A stretch of DNA of 61,094 nt from Tubiluchus corallicola (lineage: Eukaryota; Animalia; Priapulida), in NCBI GenBank assembly GCA_030141605.1, contig JAQGDQ010000856.1, forward strand, positions 1 to 61,094. Direction: 5' to 3'. Under the pieces are notes generated by a model, which was not told the DNA's origin, ran no database searches, and was given only the letters and a program-made list of their open reading frames with translations. A program made the position numbers and the translations under genes. Positions 56,031 through 61,094 of this stretch are shown piece by piece. Every line of letters begins with the position of its first letter. Positions within the stretch are counted from its first letter, which is position 1.

Positions 56031-58852
56031 ACAGTGCTACTGTCAGATATTCAGCGCGTTGTACTAAAACTAGGCAAGTTTAAGATAAAAATTAAAATTT
56101 CAAATTTACCACTGTGCTCACGCATGAGCTGTCGAATGTGTGTAGTTCGCCACAAACTAACACATCTAAACTGAAAGATACAGCACCTGTTTAAGTGCAA
56201 TGCGTTTCCAAAATACAGGCGCTAGTGCCCGTCTAACTGGCGAATGGCGGAATGCATGTAACAGCGAAGAACTAGTGACGCGAAAGTAAAATTGTGTTTG
56301 TGTGGTAATAATTCTTTCTCGCAAGTCATTTTTGAGTACTTTTCCTTTCAATATTTTAAAGAGTAGATTGTTTTGACCTACAGTTTAACATTGGGTCCGC
56401 TTTTGCTTTAAAGTTAATCACAAGAAGATATAAACGTATCTTGTACAGTATCAAGATGGCGCCCAGTGGATCGACTGAACGATCGAACGACTCTATCCAA
56501 TGATATGCCACACAGCCACCACAACCACAGGGCTGCTATGGTACGCCCGTTTTCCTGGACCCATGTTGGTATACCATACGTATATATAGCTGGTACCGTT
56601 GCTCTCTGAACGGATGCCATAAGCCATACAGACATGTTCCATATATCATCGGATTTGCAAACGTAGAATCTGATGTACTGTGACAAAGTCACGAGCCGAG
56701 TTTTATTTAGCCACAATGCTGCATAATATCTGCTGTAGATATAAACGTATTTTAATCATTACAATATTGAGTCCATCCATCTTGTACAGTTTTCCTTTCG
56801 ATAATGTAACTGATTATTTAACTAATGAAATTCTCTTAACTACAAATGTTATTTTAATTAATAATGAATTGTTTATGAAATAATTGCAATGGAATAAACG
56901 TAATGCACCATTACATGACGTCACTACGCAACGTAAATCAGGGAAAGAAAACGAAATGTTAAATTACGCCCTAAAAACTTTCCACGCAAATCCATATTAC
57001 TTAGCATTTCACTTACCTACTGGAAAGACTTACGTAATTAAATTAATAATTTAAAATGTTTGCGCCAATTGGCAAAATGTCCCCGATTCGCCCTCCAGGG
57101 TGCACCACTCACTAACCAGAAACGTATTTTCAATCTTATTGACAAGATTCAGTGATTTAAATTTTACTTAATTAGCCACATGTATGCTACGAATGCTCTG
57201 ATTATTTTTTCAAACTTTACTCAATGTTGTCTAAACTTGTTTCAAACGACCTGCCATTAAAATGCCTGCGCCTAACGATCATTACGGAAGTTTAGATTTT
57301 ATACAAGTTTTGTACGGCGTTGCTGCCGACGCAAACCATGCACGTGAAAAGGTAGTAAGTAAGTGGTATAAAACTTCAAGATGATTTTTAAGCTTTATGT
57401 AAGTGGAGGGTTTTCTAATGATGAATCGTTTAGGAAATAATTACATTATACTTCTCACAGATGTCATCTAGCACATACAAAATAGAACACTAGAATAACA
57501 CTGTAACAAGTTTTACTATCAGCACACTATTATAACAAAAAAGGGGGGGGGGAGAAAATAGTCAAATCTAACTAAGTAACAGTACTTATACTAGACAGAG
57601 GAGCACCTGTGTGAGAAATCAAAGCTGCAGTGACCTCTACACGCTTTTGTACTGGGATTTGCCCGGTCAGCTGGCTTCTCACACCAAGTGTAGGCCCAAA
57701 CGAGACGTCTGGATCTACAAAGAAGGAATGAATCCGTGCTAACCTAGAATATTAGGAAGCCAAATCTCTTGAAGAGAGTCAGTCGAAATCACGTGACTGA
57801 CACTCGAGATAGAGACATCCTTTTCTTAGTAGGCCCAGAAGATTTTAGGACATCGAAGTCATAATTTTTTCTGGACCATCACCAAAATTAAACCCATGTT
57901 ACTTAGGATAAATAACGCGATCTGGCAGCATGGGGCCACATGGCGGTCTACACTGCTGCCATCTGTAAACGGTTTTGTCACTACGGCCGTTTTACTAGAT
58001 CCATGTTGCTAACATGGCGTGCTAACATTTTAGTAATGAAAACTGAAAAAGCTTGAGACGTATTTTTATGTAGATCACTTTACTTACTTGTGTTTAATAA
58101 CTGTCAAGAGAGAGAAACGATTAATTTTGATGCTAACTTATGTATTTTACGTATTTACATACACAAAACAAACACTGAAAACAAACAAACAATACTAAAA
58201 AGTGCAATTTGTCTATGTAAACTAATCAAGATAATAATTTATAATTAAGCCATCTAAGCGGTGTTCATGTGAATGTTCTCTACGATACAGTATCTACACA
58301 TTACCAATGAGTTAGTTTGACTGAAGGCTTTTATAACATTCGATATTTCTTATATCCAAAAATAGGTTAGGTACAATTTTAACATCACGTGTGCCATGTT
58401 ACCTTTACAAGGTGAAAACTACCTATGAATGCGGCTTCAACAAGTGTTTGAAATCGCGACTGTTTTACACTTTCAACAGTCCGCCACATTAGCAATAGTA
58501 GTTAATTATTAGAGGCATTTACAAGTGCTTTTAACATCGTAATTATTATTTTTCAATTAGAAGCCATGCAGTTCATTCATTGCATGCAAGGACTGCACGT
58601 CATTGAACGTATTATAAAAATCATCCTGTTGTCCTTTTAATCCTATCACGTATACGATACGGGCAATTTGTGAGCGTTGTGATAAGTGAACTTGTCAATG
58701 TTTATATTCGAGCTGTATAACGATGACGATAATAACGATGAACGTGACAATGACAGCGACGACGACGACGACGACGATGATGATGATGATGACGATTTGT
58801 CTTTTATTCTAACGGTTTGCTCATCCATACACATCCATACCAATGACCAAAC

Positions 58853-59188
58853 ACGTGTCACTGCTGATTTATAATAATACAACTTTACTGGACAATTTCT
58901 TGATCTTTAAAATACAAACGTCTGTGTCACTGCTGATTTATAATAATAAAACTTTACTGGACAATTTCTTGATCTTTAAAATACAAACGTCTGTGTCACT
59001 GCTGATTTATAATAATAAAACTTTACTGGACAATTTCTTGATCTTTAAAATACAAACGTCTGTGTCACTGCTGATTTATAATAATACAACTTTACTGGAC
59101 AATTTCTTGATCTTTAAAATACAAACGTCTGTGTCACTGCTGATTTATAATAATACAACTTTAATGGACAATTTCTTGATCTTTAAAG
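58853..59188. repeat. 69-bp minisatellite, about 5 copies
   Basis: Repeated 23-codon unit in ORF 58843-59196. Confidence 0.95.
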
Positions 59189-59214
59189 TATTCTAGTGCA
59201 TTCTGTCTTTTCAG

Positions 59215-60569
59215 GTGTCAATACCACGTGTATTGTAGTAAACTCAACGTACATCAGATACCCGGCGTCCGGTACAACGACTACACAGGCCAGCCCAACA
59301 AGTAGTTTCATGGTGACTTTTCCTGATGGCAATGATGAAACCGACGTTATCATACTGAATGACCTCTTCACAACTGATCTCGATGTGTTCTCAGTGTGCA
59401 TGGTAATTTCTCAAGCTCAAGGTTCCTAGGTTACTACTACCTAAGGTGTACCAAACGTAGTAGGAATTCCTGTTAGTAGAAAATTACTAGCCTATCCGTG
59501 ACGCTTGATAAAAACTGTTTTAAATGTGCAGGGTCACTCAAAATTAAGTTGCATTTTTAAGTACAAACATTGTAACCTTGCAACGATAAGGGTTAACAAC
59601 TTTTCTAATTTTCGAATTACAATTTTGTGTCAAATGCAAGTTAACAATATTTTTCACTACAAACATTGTAACCTTGCAACGATAACGGTTAGCAACTTTT
59701 CTAAATTTCAAATTACAATGTTGTGTCAATTGCAAGTTAACAATATTTTTGACTACAAACATTGTAGCTTTGCAACGATAAAGGTTAGCAACTTTTCTAA
59801 TTTTCGAATTACAATGTTGTGTCAATTGCAAGTTAACAATATTTTTGACTACAAACATTGTAACCTTGCAACGATGACGGTTAGCAACTTTTCTAATTTT
59901 CGAATTACAATGTTGTGTCAATTGCAAGTTAACAATATTTTTGACTACAAACATTGTAGCTTTGCAATGATAACGGTTAGCAACTTTTCTAAATTTCAAA
60001 TTACAATGTTGTGTCAATTGCAAGTTAACAATATTTTTGACTACAAACATTGTAACCTTGTAACGATAACGGTTAGCAACTTTTCTAATTTTCGAATTAC
60101 AATGTTGTGTCAATTGCAAGTTAACAATATTTTTGACTACAAACGTTGTAACCTTGTAACGATAACGGTTAGCAACTTTTCTAACTACATTGTTGTCTGT
60201 TCAATTGCAACTATGAAACTTAACATTTACATATTATAGCTGTTTAACAAAAATTTACAACTTTCTAACAACAGGAAATGAAACATCTAACCAACAGAAG
60301 TTAACGACATTCAGTATCAAAAATGAACGTGTTCAAGGCTAGAAGCAACGACCTAAAGGCTAGTCCTCACAATTTCTCGCATTTTGTAAAAGGTTTCAAT
60401 CACCGAGACCCATTGTTTGATTTCAGTGGGTGAAAGCGACTGGCGATTCAAGCTTCACATTGCTGTCGTATTCGGCTAGAGCAATGGACGGGTCAAACTA
60501 CAGAGACGAAATTGTAATCAGAGTATTCGATGACGACCCTCGAGTGGAATTCCGAGCTGTTCATGCAGG
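59215..60569 (+). CDS. Pentraxin (LamG-like) domain protein, two internal exons
   Basis: Exons 59215-59402 (...FMVTFPDGNDETDVIILNDLFTTDLDVFSVCM) and 60427-60569 (WVKATGDSSFTLLSYSARAMDGSNYRDEIVIRVF...) join in frame to the pentraxin pattern F(S/T)VC.W.K...T..SY....(N/D)EI. Gene ends not located. Confidence 0.75.
59560..60186. repeat. 96-bp minisatellite, about 6.5 copies, in the pentraxin intron
   Basis: Repeated 32-codon unit, open on both strands. Confidence 0.95.
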
Positions 60570-61094
60570 GTAATACCATTCCTTTTACAAGAATAAAGAT
60601 GCCATTAATTAAAGCACAAGAAAACCCGCCACTTACACGAGGCTGACGTTTGACCCAAGGTCACGGCTACAAATGTAGCAAGTTACAATTTCTTTGAACC
60701 GAAATGCAATTCCTAAGTAATCATGCGTTGTAGATTCACTGAAGACAATATTGAGACCTTCAGACCCAAGACCCATTTGGTTGCGTGCCCGAAAAGTGGC
60801 ATGTTCCAATTTCATCGAAAGTTAGCTTACGTTCAGCTATGTTCATTTAAAGTAATGTAATATATCGCATTGCACTACGTTACATGACTTTGCAGCATTC
60901 TGTCACGTTACATTACACTTGCAGAACGTATTGCAGAATCTTCGATTTATGACTTTGTCCTAAACGGTTTTCTAATTTAGATTCTGCATTTCTACAACGT
61001 ATTGCAGAATGTACAGCACAATCATCATATTTTACCCTAGTTTTTATTTATTTCTTTATTATTATTATTATTAATAAAACTCCAATCAAAGTTT

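Noticed and set aside
60633-60820. Further pentraxin exon (plus, 60734-60820) or a minus-strand exon
   Set aside because: No pentraxin WHH.C.TW motif, and the block follows a TTAA-MITE terminus at about 60609, so it is probably TE sequence.

Overview
AT-rich, intron- and repeat-rich animal (invertebrate-like) genomic DNA; nothing prokaryotic and no CRISPR. Two conserved genes are firmly identified: UBE2D (minus strand, 6 exons, 147 aa) and CISD2-type CDGSH iron-sulfur protein (plus strand, 3 exons, 135 aa). They lie head-to-head about 0.4 kb apart, as UBE2D3/CISD2 do in human. I also reconstructed: the 3' part of a Ser/Thr-rich type I membrane protein with an NPxY tail (1.8-9.8 kb); a 5-exon, about 289-aa secreted prepropeptide-like gene with dibasic sites (44.1-49.2 kb); a 4-exon, about 103-aa orphan gene on the opposite strand, exon-interleaved with it (54.7-48.5 kb); and two exons of a pentraxin-domain gene (59.2-60.6 kb). 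Mobile DNA includes many hAT-type MITEs with 8-bp TSDs (one nested three deep), TTAA-flanked MITEs, a truncated RTE LINE, a CR1-like remnant, solo LTRs, 5S-headed SINEs, and a decayed Gypsy element with a splice-acceptor-preceded C2H2 zinc-finger ORF after pol. Many mini- and microsatellites are present. The best novelty candidates are the prepropeptide gene, its interleaved antisense partner and the Gypsy zinc-finger ORF. All gene models are manual splice reconstructions without transcript support.
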